Below, in pieces: positions 46,578 through 60,863 of a stretch of 64,000 nt of DNA. Position numbers and translations under genes: made by a program. Source of the stretch: a phage; the sequence record PZ452594.1. One strand, 5' to 3'. The first letter of the stretch is position 1, and each line of letters opens with the position of its first letter. Under the pieces are notes generated by a model. The model ran no database searches and was not told the origin of the DNA. It saw only the letters and a list, made by a program, of their open reading frames with translations.

Positions 46578-48560
46578 ATGGCAAATACCCCTGTAAATTA
46601 TCAATTAACAAGAACAGCAAATGCTATTCCCGAGATATTCGTCGGGGGTACGTTTGCTGAAATAAAACAAAACCTCATTGAATGGCTTAATGGCCAAAAT
46701 GAATTTTTGGATTATGATTTTGAAGGCTCAAGATTAAACGTTCTGTGTGACCTTTTGGCTTATAATACATTATACATTCAGCAGTTTGGTAATGCTGCTG
46801 TGTATGAAAGCTTTATGCGTACTGCTAACTTACGAAGTTCAGTTGTTCAAGCTGCACAAGATAACGGATATTTACCTACTTCAAAATCCGCTGCACAGAC
46901 CGAAATTATGTTAACATGCACCGACGCATTGAATAGGAATTACATTACTATTCCTCGCGGAACTCGCTTTTTAGCATATGCAAAAGATACTTCTGTTAAT
47001 CCATATAACTTCGTTTCTACCGAAGACGTTATTGCTATTCGTGATAAAAATAACCAATATTTTCCACGTTTAAAATTGGCCCAGGGACGTATAGTAAGAA
47101 CTGAAATCATTTATGATAAATTAACACCTATTATCATTTATGATAAAAATATTGATAGAAACCAGGTTAAATTATATGTTGATGGAGCGGAATGGATTAA
47201 CTGGACGAGAAAGTCAATGGTTCATGCTGGTTCAACATCAACGATTTACTATATGCGTGAAACTATTGATGGAAACACTGAATTCTATTTTGGCGAAGGT
47301 GAAATTTCTGTTAATGCTTCTGAAGGAGCTTTGACCGCTAATTATATCGGAGGTCTTAAACCTACCCAGAACTCTACGATTGTTATTGAGTACATCAGTA
47401 CTAACGGTGCAGATGCGAATGGTGCAGTCGGATTTTCATATGCAGATACATTAACAAATATAACTGTCATCAATATTAATGAAAATCCAAACGACGACCC
47501 AGATTTTGTCGGAGCAGATGGCGGCGGTGATCCAGAAGATATTGAGCGTATTCGCGAATTGGGTACTATTAAACGCGAAACCCAGCAGCGCTGCGTAACT
47601 GCGACTGATTATGATACATTCGTTTCAGAGAGATTTGGTTCTATTATTCAAGCTGTTCAGACTTTCACTGATTCTACTAAACCTGGTTATGCATTTATTG
47701 CTGCTAAACCTAAATCAGGATTGTATTTAACTACTGTGCAGCGTGAAGATATTAAAAATTATCTCAAAGATTATAATTTAGCACCTATTACACCATCAAT
47801 TATTTCTCCTAATTATCTTTTCATTAAGACTAATTTAAAAGTCACATATGCTTTAAATAAGCTGCAAGAATCTGAACAGTGGCTTGAAGGTCAAATAATT
47901 GATAAAATTGACCGCTATTATACTGAAGATGTAGAAATTTTTAACTCATCTTTCGCTAAGTCTAAGATGTTAACTTATGTAGATGATGCAGATCATTCTA
48001 TCATTGGTTCATCAGCGACTATTCAAATGGTTCGTGAAGTACAAAACTTCTATAAAACGCCTGAAGCTGGTATTAAATACAATAATCAAATAAAAGACCG
48101 TTCTATGGAATCTAATACGTTTTCATTTAATTCTGGACGAAAAGTTGTAAATCCTGATACTGGTTTAGAAGAAGATGTATTATACGATGTTCGTATAGTA
48201 TCAACAGACCGAGATTCTAAAGGAATTGGTAAAGTTATTATCGGTCCATTTGCTTCTGGCGATGTTACAGAAAATGAAAATATTCAGCCATACGCAGGAA
48301 ATGATTTTAACAAATTAGCAAACTCCGCAGGACGTGACAAATACTATGTTATCGGTGAAATAAACTATCCAGCTGACACAATTTACTGGAATATCGCTAA
48401 AATTAATTTAACATCTGAAAAATTTGAAGTTCAGACTATTGAATTATATTCTGACCCAACAGATGATGTTATCTTTACTCGCGATGGTTCACTGATTGTA
48501 TTTGAAAATGACTTACGTCCACAATACTTAACTATCGATTTGGAGCCTATATCACAATGA
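46578..48560 (+). CDS. 6: Baseplate wedge protein gp6
   Basis: 660 aa, T4 synteny and length. Confidence 0.9.
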   Translation: MANTPVNYQLTRTANAIPEIFVGGTFAEIKQNLIEWLNGQNEFLDYDFEGSRLNVLCDLLAYNTLYIQQFGNAAVYESFMRTANLRSSVVQAAQDNGYLPTSKSAAQTEIMLTCTDALNRNYITIPRGTRFLAYAKDTSVNPYNFVSTEDVIAIRDKNNQYFPRLKLAQGRIVRTEIIYDKLTPIIIYDKNIDRNQVKLYVDGAEWINWTRKSMVHAGSTSTIYYMRETIDGNTEFYFGEGEISVNASEGALTANYIGGLKPTQNSTIVIEYISTNGADANGAVGFSYADTLTNITVININENPNDDPDFVGADGGGDPEDIERIRELGTIKRETQQRCVTATDYDTFVSERFGSIIQAVQTFTDSTKPGYAFIAAKPKSGLYLTTVQREDIKNYLKDYNLAPITPSIISPNYLFIKTNLKVTYALNKLQESEQWLEGQIIDKIDRYYTEDVEIFNSSFAKSKMLTYVDDADHSIIGSSATIQMVREVQNFYKTPEAGIKYNNQIKDRSMESNTFSFNSGRKVVNPDTGLEEDVLYDVRIVSTDRDSKGIGKVIIGPFASGDVTENENIQPYAGNDFNKLANSAGRDKYYVIGEINYPADTIYWNIAKINLTSEKFEVQTIELYSDPTDDVIFTRDGSLIVFENDLRPQYLTIDLEPISQ

Positions 48561-51500
48561 CAGTAAAAGCACCTTCAGTCACTAGTCTCAGAATTTCCAA
48601 GTTATCCGCAAATCAGGTGCAAGTACGCTGGGATGACGTTGGTGCTAATTTCTACTATTTTGTAGAAATCGCTGAGACAAAAACAGACTCGGGGGAAAAT
48701 CTCCCGAGTGATCAATATCGTTGGATTAATTTAGGGTATACAGCAAATAATAGTTTCTTTTTTGATGATGCTGATCCACTGACATCATATGTTATTAGAG
48801 TAGCTACGGCGGCTCAAGATTTTGAGCAGTCTGACTGGATTTATACCGAAGAGTTTGAAACTTTTGCTACGAATGCTTACACATTTCAAAATATGATTGA
48901 AATGCAATTAGCTAATAAATTCATTCAGGAAAAGTTCACTCTTAATAATTCTGATTATGTTAATTTTAATAATGACACCATAATGGCTGCATTGATGAAT
49001 GAATCATTTCAATTCAGCCCATCGTATGTTGATGTTTCATCAATAAGTAATTTTATTATTGGTGAAAATGAGTATCATGAAATACAAGGTTCTATTCAAC
49101 AAGTATGCAAGGATATTAACCGAGTTTATTTGATGGAATCAGAAGGGATTCTATATCTTTTTGAGCGTTATCAACCTGTAGTTAAAGTATCCAATGATAA
49201 AGGACAAACTTGGAAAGCTGTAAAGCTCTTCAATGACCGCGTAGGATATCCTTTATCTAAGACTGTATATTACCAATCTGCAAACACAACATACGTTCTA
49301 GGATACGACAAGATTTTCTATGGCCGTAAATCGACTGACGTTAGATGGTCAGCAGATGATGTCAGATTCAGTTCACAGGATATAACATTTGCTAAATTAG
49401 GAGACCAACTTCATTTAGGATTCGATGTTGAAATCTTCGCTACTTATGCTACTTTACCAGCGAATGTATACCGTATAGCTGAGGCTATTACTTGCACGGA
49501 TGATTATATCTATGTTGTTGCCAGAGATAAAGTTAGATACATAAAAACGAGTAATGCACCTATAGATTCTGATCCATTATCTCCAACATATTCGGAAAGA
49601 CTTTTTGAACCTGACACAATGACTATAACCGGAAATCCTAAAGCAGTATGCTATAAAATGGATTCTGTTGGTGATAAAGTTTTTGCTCTTATTATTGGTG
49701 AAGTTGAAACATTAAATGCTAATCCTAGAACATCAAAAATAATTGATTCCGCTGATAAAGGAATATATGTTTTAAATCATGACGAAAAAACATGGAAAAG
49801 AGTTTTCGGTAATACCGAAGAAGAAAGAAGACGTATTCAACCCGGATATGCGAATATGTCAACTGATGGTAAATTAGTTTCTCTGTCTTCGAGTAATTTT
49901 AAATTTTTAAGTGATAACGTTGTTAATGACCCTGAAACTGCAGCAAAATATCAGTTAATTGGTGCTGTCAAATATGAATTTCCTCGTGAATGGTTAGCTG
50001 ATAAGCATTATCATATGATGGCATTTATAGCGGATGAAAAATCTGATTGGGAGACTTTTACTCCTCAACCAATGAAATACTACGCAGAACCATTCTTTAA
50101 CTGGTCTAAAAAATCTAACACGCGTTGTTGGATAAACAACTCCGATAGAGCTGTAGTAGTTTATGCTGATTTAAAATACACTAAAGTTATAGAAAATATT
50201 CCGGAAACATCACCAGATAGATTAGTTCATGAATACTGGGATGATGGCGATTGTACTATAGTAATGCCAAATGTTAAATTCACTGGATTTAAAAAATATG
50301 CATCTGGGATGCTTTTCTACAAAGCCTCTGGCGAAATAATTTCTTATTATGATTTTAACTATCGTGTGAGAGATACAGTAGAAATTATTTGGAAGCCAAC
50401 TGAAGTATTTTTAAAAGCATTTTTACAAAACCAAGAGCATGAGACTCCTTGGTCACCAGAAGAAGAGCGTGGATTAGCTGACCCTGATTTAAGACCATTG
50501 ATTGGTACAATGATGCCTGATTCTTATTTGTTACAGGATTCGAATTTTGAAGCATTTTGCGAAGCATATATTCAGTATCTTTCCGATGGATATGGAACTC
50601 AATACAATAATTTACGGAATCTTATTCGTAATCAGTATCCACGAGAAGAGCATGCATGGGAATATTTGTGGTCAGAGATATATAAAAGAAACATCTATTT
50701 AAATGCTGACAAACGTGATGCTGTTGCGAGATTCTTTGAATCACGTAGCTATGATTTTTATTCTACTAAAGGAATTGAAGCATCATACAAATTTCTTTTT
50801 AAAGTTCTTTATAATGAAGAAGTTGAAATTGAAATTGAATCTGGGGCTGGTACTGAATATGATATAATCGTTCAATCTGATTCTTTGACTGAAGACTTAG
50901 TAGGACAAACGATTTATACGGCAACAGGAAGATGTAATGTTACTTATATAGAAAGAAGCTATTCTAATGGTAAATTGCAATGGACCGTAACTATTCATAA
51001 TCTTTTAGGACGATTAATTGCTGGTCAAGAAGTTAAAGCAGAAAGACTCCCTAGTTTTGAAGGAGAAATTATTCGTGGGGTTAAAGGAAAGGATTTGCTT
51101 CAAAATAATATAGACTATATTAATAGAAGTCGATCATATTATGTAATGAAAATTAAATCCAATTTACCTTCTTCTCGTTGGAAATCTGACGTTATTCGTT
51201 TTGTTCACCCAGTAGGATTTGGATTTATAGCAATTACCCTTTTAACAATGTTTATTAATGTTGGTTTAACTCTTAAACACACAGAGACTATAATTAATAA
51301 ATACAAAAACTATAAATGGGATTCTGGATTGCCTACTGAATATGCTGATAGAGTAGCTAAATTGACTCCAACTGGTGAAATTGAGCATGATTCAGTAACA
51401 GGCGAAGCAATTTATGAGCCTGGCCCAATGGCTGGCGTAAAATATCCTCTTCCTGATGACTATAATGCTGAAAATAATAATTCAATATTTCAAGGTCAAT

Positions 51501-51655
51501 TGCCGTCTGAACGACGTAAATTAATGAGTCCTTTATTTGATGCATCTGGAACAACATTTGCACAATTTAGAGATTTAGTTAATAAACGTCTAAAAGACAA
51601 TATAGGAAATCCAAGAGACCCTGAAAATCCAACACAGGTTAAAATAGATGAATGA
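48557..51655 (+). CDS. 7: Baseplate wedge protein gp7
   Basis: 1032 aa, T4 synteny and length. Confidence 0.9.
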   Translation: MTVKAPSVTSLRISKLSANQVQVRWDDVGANFYYFVEIAETKTDSGENLPSDQYRWINLGYTANNSFFFDDADPLTSYVIRVATAAQDFEQSDWIYTEEFETFATNAYTFQNMIEMQLANKFIQEKFTLNNSDYVNFNNDTIMAALMNESFQFSPSYVDVSSISNFIIGENEYHEIQGSIQQVCKDINRVYLMESEGILYLFERYQPVVKVSNDKGQTWKAVKLFNDRVGYPLSKTVYYQSANTTYVLGYDKIFYGRKSTDVRWSADDVRFSSQDITFAKLGDQLHLGFDVEIFATYATLPANVYRIAEAITCTDDYIYVVARDKVRYIKTSNAPIDSDPLSPTYSERLFEPDTMTITGNPKAVCYKMDSVGDKVFALIIGEVETLNANPRTSKIIDSADKGIYVLNHDEKTWKRVFGNTEEERRRIQPGYANMSTDGKLVSLSSSNFKFLSDNVVNDPETAAKYQLIGAVKYEFPREWLADKHYHMMAFIADEKSDWETFTPQPMKYYAEPFFNWSKKSNTRCWINNSDRAVVVYADLKYTKVIENIPETSPDRLVHEYWDDGDCTIVMPNVKFTGFKKYASGMLFYKASGEIISYYDFNYRVRDTVEIIWKPTEVFLKAFLQNQEHETPWSPEEERGLADPDLRPLIGTMMPDSYLLQDSNFEAFCEAYIQYLSDGYGTQYNNLRNLIRNQYPREEHAWEYLWSEIYKRNIYLNADKRDAVARFFESRSYDFYSTKGIEASYKFLFKVLYNEEVEIEIESGAGTEYDIIVQSDSLTEDLVGQTIYTATGRCNVTYIERSYSNGKLQWTVTIHNLLGRLIAGQEVKAERLPSFEGEIIRGVKGKDLLQNNIDYINRSRSYYVMKIKSNLPSSRWKSDVIRFVHPVGFGFIAITLLTMFINVGLTLKHTETIINKYKNYKWDSGLPTEYADRVAKLTPTGEIEHDSVTGEAIYEPGPMAGVKYPLPDDYNAENNNSIFQGQLPSERRKLMSPLFDASGTTFAQFRDLVNKRLKDNIGNPRDPENPTQVKIDE

Positions 51656-52652
51656 TTCAAGTGTTATCTATCGTGCGATAGTTACTTCAAAATTTAGAAC
51701 AGAAAAAATGTTGAATTTTTATAATTCAATTGGAAGTGGTCCGGATAAAAACACTATCTTTATCACATTTGGAAGATCAGAACCGTGGTCATCAAATGAA
51801 AATGAGGTGGGCTTTGCCCCACCTTATCCAACCGATTCTGTATTAGGCGTAACTGACATGTGGACGCATATGATGGGAACAGTAAAAGTTCTTCCATCAA
51901 TGCTTGATGCTGTTATTCCTCGCAGAGATTGGGGAGATACTAGATATCCGGATCCATACACATTTAGAATTAATGATATTGTAGTGTGTAACTCAGCTCC
52001 TTACAACGCTACTGAATCAGGCGCAGGCTGGTTAGTATATCGTTGTTTAGATGTTCCTGATACCGGAATGTGTTCAATCGCATCTTTAACTGATAAGGAT
52101 GAATGCCTTAAGTTAGGTGGAAAATGGACTCCTTCTGCTAGGTCAATGACTCCTCCTGAAGGTCGAGGAGATGCTGAAGGAACAATTGAACCTGGGGACG
52201 GATATGTTTGGGAATATCTATTTGAGATTCCGCCTGATGTATCTATAAATAGATGCACGAATGAATATATCGTGGTTCCTTGGCCTGAGGAATTAAAAGA
52301 AAATCCGACTAGATGGGGATATGAAGATAATCTCACTTGGCAACAAGATGATTTTGGATTAATTTACCGTGTTAAGGCAAATACTATCCGTTTTAAAGCA
52401 TATTTAGATTCAGTTTATTTTCCTGAAGCTGCATTGCCGGGAAATAAAGGATTTAGACAAATATCAATAATCACGAATCCTCTTGAAGCTAAAGCTCATC
52501 CAAATGACCCAAACGTTAAAGCTGAAAAGGATTATTATGATCCGGAAGATTTAATGAGGCATTCGGGCGAAATGATTTATATGGAAAATAGGCCACCTAT
52601 TATTATGGCAATGGATCAGACAGAAGAAATCAATATTCTGTTTACATTTTAA
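51648..52652 (+). CDS. 8: Baseplate wedge protein gp8
   Basis: 334 aa, T4 synteny and length. Confidence 0.9.
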   Translation: MNDSSVIYRAIVTSKFRTEKMLNFYNSIGSGPDKNTIFITFGRSEPWSSNENEVGFAPPYPTDSVLGVTDMWTHMMGTVKVLPSMLDAVIPRRDWGDTRYPDPYTFRINDIVVCNSAPYNATESGAGWLVYRCLDVPDTGMCSIASLTDKDECLKLGGKWTPSARSMTPPEGRGDAEGTIEPGDGYVWEYLFEIPPDVSINRCTNEYIVVPWPEELKENPTRWGYEDNLTWQQDDFGLIYRVKANTIRFKAYLDSVYFPEAALPGNKGFRQISIITNPLEAKAHPNDPNVKAEKDYYDPEDLMRHSGEMIYMENRPPIIMAMDQTEEINILFTF

Positions 52653-52657
52653 ATTAA

Positions 52658-52684
52658 GGGAGCCCATGGGCTCCCTTTTTCTTT
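52658..52684 (+). terminator. Rho-independent terminator after gene 8
   Basis: GGGAGCCC-ATG-GGCTCCC then TTTTTCTTT. Confidence 0.6.
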
Positions 52685-52691
52685 ATAAATA
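52684..52691 (+). promoter_or_regulatory. Late promoter (TATAAATA) for gene 9
   Basis: Plus-strand TATAAATA 25 nt upstream of gene 9. Confidence 0.55.
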
Positions 52692-52715
52692 CTATAAACT
52701 CATAAGGAAACCGCT

Positions 52716-53582
52716 ATGTTCATTCAAGAACCAAAGAAATTGATTGATACCGGCGAAATTGGTAACGCTTCTACTGGTGATATCTTATTCGACGGTGGTA
52801 ATAAAATTAATAGTGATTTTAACGCAATTTATAATGCGTTTGGCGATCAGCGTAAAATGGCAGTAGCAAATGGCACTGGAGCAGATGGTCAAATTATCCA
52901 TGCTACTGGATATTATCAAAAACACTCTATTACAGAGTACGCAACTCCTGTAAAAGTTGGTACTAGGCATGATATTGATACCTCTACTGTAGGTGTTAAA
53001 GTTATCATTGAAAGAGGCGAACTCGGCGACTGCGTTGAATTTATTAACTCAAATGGATCAATATCAGTTACTAATCCTTTAACAATTCAAGCTATTGATT
53101 CAATTAAAGGTGTTTCAGGTAATTTAGTAGTAACTAGCCCATATAGTAAAGTAACTTTACGCTGTATTTCATCTGATAATTCTACATCGGTTTGGAATTA
53201 TTCTATTGAAAGTATGTTTGGGCAAAAGGAATCACCAGCTGAAGGTACATGGAATATTTCTACGTCCGGATCAGTTGACATTCCATTATTTCATCGCACT
53301 GAATACAATATGGCTAAATTGCTAGTTACGTGCCAATCGGTAGATGGAAGAAAAATTAAAACAGCAGAAATAAATATTCTTGTGGATACTGTTAATTCAG
53401 AGGTCATTTCTTCTGAATATGCTGTCATGCGAGTTGGGAATGAAACCGAAGAAGACGAAATCGCTAATATTGCATTTAGTATTAAAGAAAACTATGTAAC
53501 GGCGACTATAAGTTCTTCAACTGTCGGTATGAGAGCAGCAGTTAAAGTTATCGCTACGCAGAAAATCGGGGTGGCTCAATAA
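52716..53582 (+). CDS. 9: Baseplate wedge / long-tail-fibre socket protein gp9
   Basis: 288 aa, T4 synteny and length. Confidence 0.9.
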   Translation: MFIQEPKKLIDTGEIGNASTGDILFDGGNKINSDFNAIYNAFGDQRKMAVANGTGADGQIIHATGYYQKHSITEYATPVKVGTRHDIDTSTVGVKVIIERGELGDCVEFINSNGSISVTNPLTIQAIDSIKGVSGNLVVTSPYSKVTLRCISSDNSTSVWNYSIESMFGQKESPAEGTWNISTSGSVDIPLFHRTEYNMAKLLVTCQSVDGRKIKTAEINILVDTVNSEVISSEYAVMRVGNETEEDEIANIAFSIKENYVTATISSSTVGMRAAVKVIATQKIGVAQ

Positions 53583-55390
53583 TGAAACAAAATATTAATA
53601 TCGGTAATGTTGTAGATGATGGTACCGGTGACTACCTGCGTAAAGGTGGTATAAAAATAAATGAAAACTTTGATGAGCTTTATTATGAACTCGGTGATGG
53701 AGACGTTCCATATTCAGCCGGTGCCTGGAAAACTTATGATGCTTCATCTGGGCAAACACTAAAAGCTGAATGGGGAAAATCATACGCTATTAATACCTCT
53801 TCTGGAAGAGTGACTATAAATCTTCCAAAAGGAACAGTTAATGATTACAACAAGGTAATTAGAGCTAGAGACGTATTTGCTACATGGAACGTCAACCCAG
53901 TTACTTTAGTAGCTGCTTCCGGCGATACGATTAAAGGGTCTGCAGTACCAGTTGAAATTAATGTTCAATTCAGCGATTTAGAACTAGTGTATTGTGCCCC
54001 AGGACGTTGGGAATATGTCAAAAATAAACAAATTGACAAAATTACCAGTTCAGACATTAGTAATGTAGCTCGTAAAGAATTTTTAGTCGAAGTCCAAGGA
54101 CAAACAGACTTTTTAGATGTTTTCCGTGGAACCAGTTATAATGTAAATAACATCAGAGTAAAACATCGTGGTAACGAATTGTATTATGGCGATGTGTTTA
54201 GCGAAAACAGTGATTTTGGCTCTCCGGGCGAAAATGAAGGAGAACTAGTTCCTCTTGATGGATTTAATATTCGATTAAGACAGCCTTGTAATATTGGTGA
54301 CACTGTTCAAATTGAAACATTTATGGATGGTGTATCGCAGTGGAGAAGTTCATATACAAGACGTCAAATTAGATTGTTAGATTCAAAATTAACGTCAAAA
54401 ACTTCTTTAGAAGGAAGCATTTACGTTACTGATTTATCAACAATGAAATCAATTCCATTTTCTGCTTTTGGATTAATTCCAGGAGAACCTATTAATCCTA
54501 ACTCTCTTGAGGTTCGTTTTAATGGAATTTTGCAGGAATTAGCTGGCACAGTTGGAATGCCATTATTTCATTGTGTTGGTGCCGATTCAGACGATGAAGT
54601 AGAATGCTCTGTTTTAGGTGGAACTTGGGAACAATCTCATACCGATTATTCAGTTGAAACTGATGAAAACGGCATACCGGAAATTTTACATTTCGATAGA
54701 GTATTTGAGCATGGTGACATTATCAATATCACCTGGTTTAATAATGATTTGGGTACATTATTAACGAAAGATGAGATTATTGATGAAACTGATAATCTCT
54801 ATGTATCGCAAGGACCAGGGGTAGATATTTCCGGTGATGTAAATTTAACAGACTTCGATAAAATTGGTTGGCCAAATGTAGAAGCAGTTCAATCTTATCA
54901 ACGCGAATTTAATGCTGTTTCAAATATCTTTGATACGATTTATCCTATTGGAACTATATATGAAAACGCTGTTAATCCAAACAACCCTGTTACATATATG
55001 GGATTTGGCTCATGGAAATTATTTGGGCAAGGAAAAGTTTTAGTTGGATGGAATGAAGATATTTCGGATCCGAATTTTGCTCTAAATAACAACGATTTAG
55101 ATTCTGGCGGAAATCCTTCGCATACTGCAGGTGGAACAGGTGGTTCTACTTCTGTTACATTGGAAAATGCTAATCTTCCTGCAACTGAAACAGATGAAGA
55201 AGTTCTAATAGTTGATGAAAATGGATCAGTCATTGTTGGTGGGTGTCAATACGATCCAGATGAATCCGGTCCAATTTACACTAAATACCGTGAAGCTAAA
55301 GCATCTACTAACTCTACTCACACTCCGCCAACATCAATAACTAACATTCAACCGTATATTACAGTTTATCGTTGGATAAGGATTGCATAA
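53582..55390 (+). CDS. 10: Baseplate wedge / short-tail-fibre attachment protein gp10
   Basis: 602 aa, T4 synteny and length. Confidence 0.9.
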   Translation: MKQNINIGNVVDDGTGDYLRKGGIKINENFDELYYELGDGDVPYSAGAWKTYDASSGQTLKAEWGKSYAINTSSGRVTINLPKGTVNDYNKVIRARDVFATWNVNPVTLVAASGDTIKGSAVPVEINVQFSDLELVYCAPGRWEYVKNKQIDKITSSDISNVARKEFLVEVQGQTDFLDVFRGTSYNVNNIRVKHRGNELYYGDVFSENSDFGSPGENEGELVPLDGFNIRLRQPCNIGDTVQIETFMDGVSQWRSSYTRRQIRLLDSKLTSKTSLEGSIYVTDLSTMKSIPFSAFGLIPGEPINPNSLEVRFNGILQELAGTVGMPLFHCVGADSDDEVECSVLGGTWEQSHTDYSVETDENGIPEILHFDRVFEHGDIINITWFNNDLGTLLTKDEIIDETDNLYVSQGPGVDISGDVNLTDFDKIGWPNVEAVQSYQREFNAVSNIFDTIYPIGTIYENAVNPNNPVTYMGFGSWKLFGQGKVLVGWNEDISDPNFALNNNDLDSGGNPSHTAGGTGGSTSVTLENANLPATETDEEVLIVDENGSVIVGGCQYDPDESGPIYTKYREAKASTNSTHTPPTSITNIQPYITVYRWIRIA

Positions 55391-56049
55391 TGAGTTTACT
55401 TAATAATAAAGCGGGAGTTATTTCCCGCTTAGCCGATTTTCTTGGTTTTAGACCTAAAGCTGGTAATATAGATGTAATGAATCGTCAATCAGTTGGGTCA
55501 GTGACAATTTCTCAATTAGCGAAAGGTTTTTATGAACCAAACGTAGAATCAGCTATTAATGATGTTCATAATTTTTCTATAAAAGACATTGGTACAATTA
55601 TTACTAATAAAACTGGTGTTTCTCCTGAGGGTGTTTCTCAAACTGATTATTGGGCATTTTCTGGAACTGTAACAGACGATTCTCTTCCTCCGGGTTCTCC
55701 TGTTACGGTATTAGTATTTGGTCTTCCAGTTTCAGCAACTACTGGAATGACGGCAATTGAGTTTGTTGCAAAAGTTCGTGTTGCCCTTCAAGAAGCTATT
55801 GCGTCATTTACTGCTATCAACTCATATAAAGACCATCCGACAGATGGTAGTAAATTAGAAGTTACTTATTTAGATAATCAAAAACATGTATTAAGCACAT
55901 ATTCTACATATGGAATAACTATTTCACAGGAAATTATTTCTGAGTCTAAACCTGGCTACGGTACATGGAATTTATTAGGCGCACAAACTGTAACTTTAGA
56001 TAATCAGCAGACTCCTACAGTACTTTATCATTTTGAGAGAACAGCATGA
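55390..56049 (+). CDS. 11: Baseplate wedge protein gp11
   Basis: 219 aa from [10 protein letters not shown] (TAATG overlap with gene 10 stop). Confidence 0.9.
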   Translation: MSLLNNKAGVISRLADFLGFRPKAGNIDVMNRQSVGSVTISQLAKGFYEPNVESAINDVHNFSIKDIGTIITNKTGVSPEGVSQTDYWAFSGTVTDDSLPPGSPVTVLVFGLPVSATTGMTAIEFVAKVRVALQEAIASFTAINSYKDHPTDGSKLEVTYLDNQKHVLSTYSTYGITISQEIISESKPGYGTWNLLGAQTVTLDNQQTPTVLYHFERTA

Positions 56050-57629
56050 GTAATAATACATATCAACACGTTTCTAATGAATCTCGTTATGTAAAATTTG
56101 ATCCAACTGGTACAAATTTTCCGGAAGAGATTACTGATGTTCAGGCTGCTATAGCAGCCATTTCTCCTGCTGGCGTAAATGGAGTTCCTGATGCATCGTC
56201 AACAACAAAGGGAATTTTATTTCTTGCCACTGAACAGGAAGTTATAGATGGAACTAATAATACCAAAGCAGTTACACCGGCAACGTTGGCAACAAGATTA
56301 TCATATCCAAATGCTACCGAAGAAGTTTATGGACTTACACGTTATTCAACAGACGATGAAGCTGTAGCTGGTGTTAATAATGAATCATCTATAACTCCGG
56401 CTAAATTTACTACAGCAATTAATCACATTTTTGATACACGAATTTCTTCTGAAAGTTCACTTGGCGTTATTAAGTTATCATCTCTACCGCAAGCATTAGC
56501 TGGTGCAGATGATACTACTGCAATGACTCCATTAAAAACGCAGCAGTTAGCTATTAAATTAATTGCGCAAATTGCTCCTTCTGAAACCACAGCTACCGAA
56601 TCGGACCAAGGTGTTGTTCAATTAGCAACAGTAGCGCAGGTTCGTCAGGGAACTTTAAGAGAAGGCTATGCAATTTCTCCTTATACGTTTATGAATTCAT
56701 CTGCTACTGAAGAATATAAAGGCGTAATTAAATTAGGAACACAGTCAGAAGTTAACTCGAATAATGCTTCTGTTGCTGTTACTGGTGCAACTCTTAATGG
56801 TCGTGGTTCTACAACGTCAATGAGAGGCGTAGTTAAATTAACTACAACTGCCGGCTCACAGAGTGGAGGTGATGCTTCATCAGCACTAGCTTGGAATGCT
56901 GACGTTATCCATCAAAGAGGCGGTCAAACTATTAATGGAACACTCCGCATTAATAACACGCTTACAATAGCTTCAGGTGGAGCAAATATTACCGGAACAG
57001 TTAACATGACCGGTGGTTATATTCAAGGTAAGCGTGTCGTAACACAAAATGAAATTGATAGAACTATTCCTGTCGGAGCTATTATGATGTGGGCCGCTGA
57101 TAGTCTTCCTAGTGATGCTTGGCGTTTTTGCCACGGTGGAACTGTTTCAGCATCAGATTGTCCATTATATGCTTCTAGAATTGGAACAAGATACGGCGGA
57201 AGTTCATCAAATCCTGGATTACCTGATATGCGTGGTCTTTTTGTTCGCGGCTCTGGTCGTGGCTCTCACTTAACAAATCCAAATGTTAATGGTAATGACC
57301 AGTTTGGTAAGCCTAGATTAGGTGTAGGTTGTACTGGTGGATATGTTGGTGAAGTACAGAAACAACAGATGTCTTATCATAAACATGCTGGCGGATTTGG
57401 TGAGCATGATGATTCTGGAGCATTCGGTAATACCCGTAGATCAAATTTTGTTGGTACACGTAAAGGACTTGACTGGGATAACCGTTCATACTTCACCAAT
57501 GACGGATATGAAATTGACCCGGCATCACAACGAAATTCCAAATATACATTAAATCGTCCTGAATTAATTGGAAATGAAACACGTCCATGGAACATTTCTT
57601 TAAACTACATAATTAAGGTAAAAGAATGA
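56046..57629 (+). CDS. 12: Short tail fibre protein gp12
   Basis: 527 aa, T4 synteny and length. Confidence 0.9.
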   Translation: MSNNTYQHVSNESRYVKFDPTGTNFPEEITDVQAAIAAISPAGVNGVPDASSTTKGILFLATEQEVIDGTNNTKAVTPATLATRLSYPNATEEVYGLTRYSTDDEAVAGVNNESSITPAKFTTAINHIFDTRISSESSLGVIKLSSLPQALAGADDTTAMTPLKTQQLAIKLIAQIAPSETTATESDQGVVQLATVAQVRQGTLREGYAISPYTFMNSSATEEYKGVIKLGTQSEVNSNNASVAVTGATLNGRGSTTSMRGVVKLTTTAGSQSGGDASSALAWNADVIHQRGGQTINGTLRINNTLTIASGGANITGTVNMTGGYIQGKRVVTQNEIDRTIPVGAIMMWAADSLPSDAWRFCHGGTVSASDCPLYASRIGTRYGGSSSNPGLPDMRGLFVRGSGRGSHLTNPNVNGNDQFGKPRLGVGCTGGYVGEVQKQQMSYHKHAGGFGEHDDSGAFGNTRRSNFVGTRKGLDWDNRSYFTNDGYEIDPASQRNSKYTLNRPELIGNETRPWNISLNYIIKVKE

Positions 57630-59089
57630 CAGATATTGTACTGAATGACTTACCATTCGTTGACGGCCCTCCGCAGGAGGGCCAGAGCCGCATTTCCTGG
57701 ATTAAAAACGGCGAAGAAATATTAGGAGCTGACACACAGTATGGAAGCGAAGGTTCAATGAATAGACCTACAGTTTCTGTACTAAGAAATGTTGAAGTTC
57801 TTGATAAAAACATTGGAATACTTAAAACATCTTTAGAAACCGCAAATAGTGATATTAAAACCATCCAGGGCATCTTAGATGTATCTGGTGATATAGAAGC
57901 TTTAGCACAAATAAGTATCAATAAAAAGGATATTTCTGACCTCAAAACGCTAACCAGTGAACATACAGAAATATTAAATGGAACTAATAGTACAGTTGAC
58001 AACATTCTTGCTGATATTGGTCCATTTAACTCTGAGGCCAACTCTGTATATAGAACGATCAGAAATGATTTACTGTGGATTAAACGTGAATTAGGTCAAT
58101 ATACAGGTCAAGATATTAATGGTCTTCCTGTTGTAGGAAATCCTAGCACTGGAATGAAGCATCGTATTATTAATAATACTGATGTCATTACTTCACAGGG
58201 AATACGTTTAAGTGAGTTAGAAACAAAATTTATTGAATCTGATGTAGGTTCTTTGACCATTGAAGTTGGTAATCTTCGCGAAGAGCTTGGACCGAAACCG
58301 CCGTCTTTTTCACAGACTGTTTATAGTCGTTTAAATGAAATTGACACTAAACAGACAACAGTTGAGTCTGATATTAGTGCTATTAAGACCTCAATAGGAT
58401 ATCCAGGAAATAATTCGATTATCACGAGTGTTAATACAAACACTGATAATATTGCATCTATTAATTTAGAGCTAAATCAAAGTGGAGGTATTAAACAGCG
58501 TTTAACCGTTATTGAAACTTCTATTGGTTCAGACGATATTCCTTCGAGTATTAAAGGCCAAATCAAAGATAATACAACTTCAATCGAATCTCTAAATGGA
58601 ATCGTCGGTGAAAACACTTCATCTGGTTTAAGAGCGAATGTTTCGTGGTTAAACCAAATTGTTGGAACTGATTCTAGCGGTGGACAACCTTCTCCTCCTG
58701 GGTCTCTTTTAAACCGAGTTTCTACAATTGAAACTTCTGTTTCAAGCTTGAATAACGATGTTCAAAACCTACAAGTAGAGATTGGTAATAACAGCACAGG
58801 AATTAAAGGGCAAGTTGTAGCGTTAAATACTTTAGTAAACGGAACTAATCCAAACGGTTCAACTGTTGAAGAGCGCGGATTAACCAATTCAATAAAAGCT
58901 AACGAAACCAACATTGCATCAGTTACACAAGAAGTGAATACAGCTAAAGGCAATATATCTTCTTTACAAGGCGATGTTCAAGCTCTCCAAGAAGCCGGTT
59001 ATATTCCTGAAGCGCCAAGAGATGGGCAAGCTTACGTTCGTAAAGACGGCGAATGGGTATTGCTTTCTACCTTTTTATCACCAGCATAA
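57626..59089 (+). CDS. wac: Fibritin (whisker antigen control, Wac)
   Basis: 487 aa coiled coil ending in foldon [27 protein letters not shown]. Confidence 0.95.
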   Translation: MTDIVLNDLPFVDGPPQEGQSRISWIKNGEEILGADTQYGSEGSMNRPTVSVLRNVEVLDKNIGILKTSLETANSDIKTIQGILDVSGDIEALAQISINKKDISDLKTLTSEHTEILNGTNSTVDNILADIGPFNSEANSVYRTIRNDLLWIKRELGQYTGQDINGLPVVGNPSTGMKHRIINNTDVITSQGIRLSELETKFIESDVGSLTIEVGNLREELGPKPPSFSQTVYSRLNEIDTKQTTVESDISAIKTSIGYPGNNSIITSVNTNTDNIASINLELNQSGGIKQRLTVIETSIGSDDIPSSIKGQIKDNTTSIESLNGIVGENTSSGLRANVSWLNQIVGTDSSGGQPSPPGSLLNRVSTIETSVSSLNNDVQNLQVEIGNNSTGIKGQVVALNTLVNGTNPNGSTVEERGLTNSIKANETNIASVTQEVNTAKGNISSLQGDVQALQEAGYIPEAPRDGQAYVRKDGEWVLLSTFLSPA

Positions 59090-59092
59090 CAT

Positions 59093-59115
59093 GGGGCCGC
59101 AAGGCCCCAAAGGAT
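59093..59115 (+). terminator. Weak hairpin after wac (possible terminator/attenuator)
   Basis: GGGGCC-GCAA-GGCCCC; poor T tract. Confidence 0.3.
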
Positions 59116-59120
59116 TTTAA

Positions 59121-60822
<1,702 letters not shown>

Positions 60823-60863
60823 TAAATATTATAAACTAATTAAAGCCCAGATTAGGAGAAATC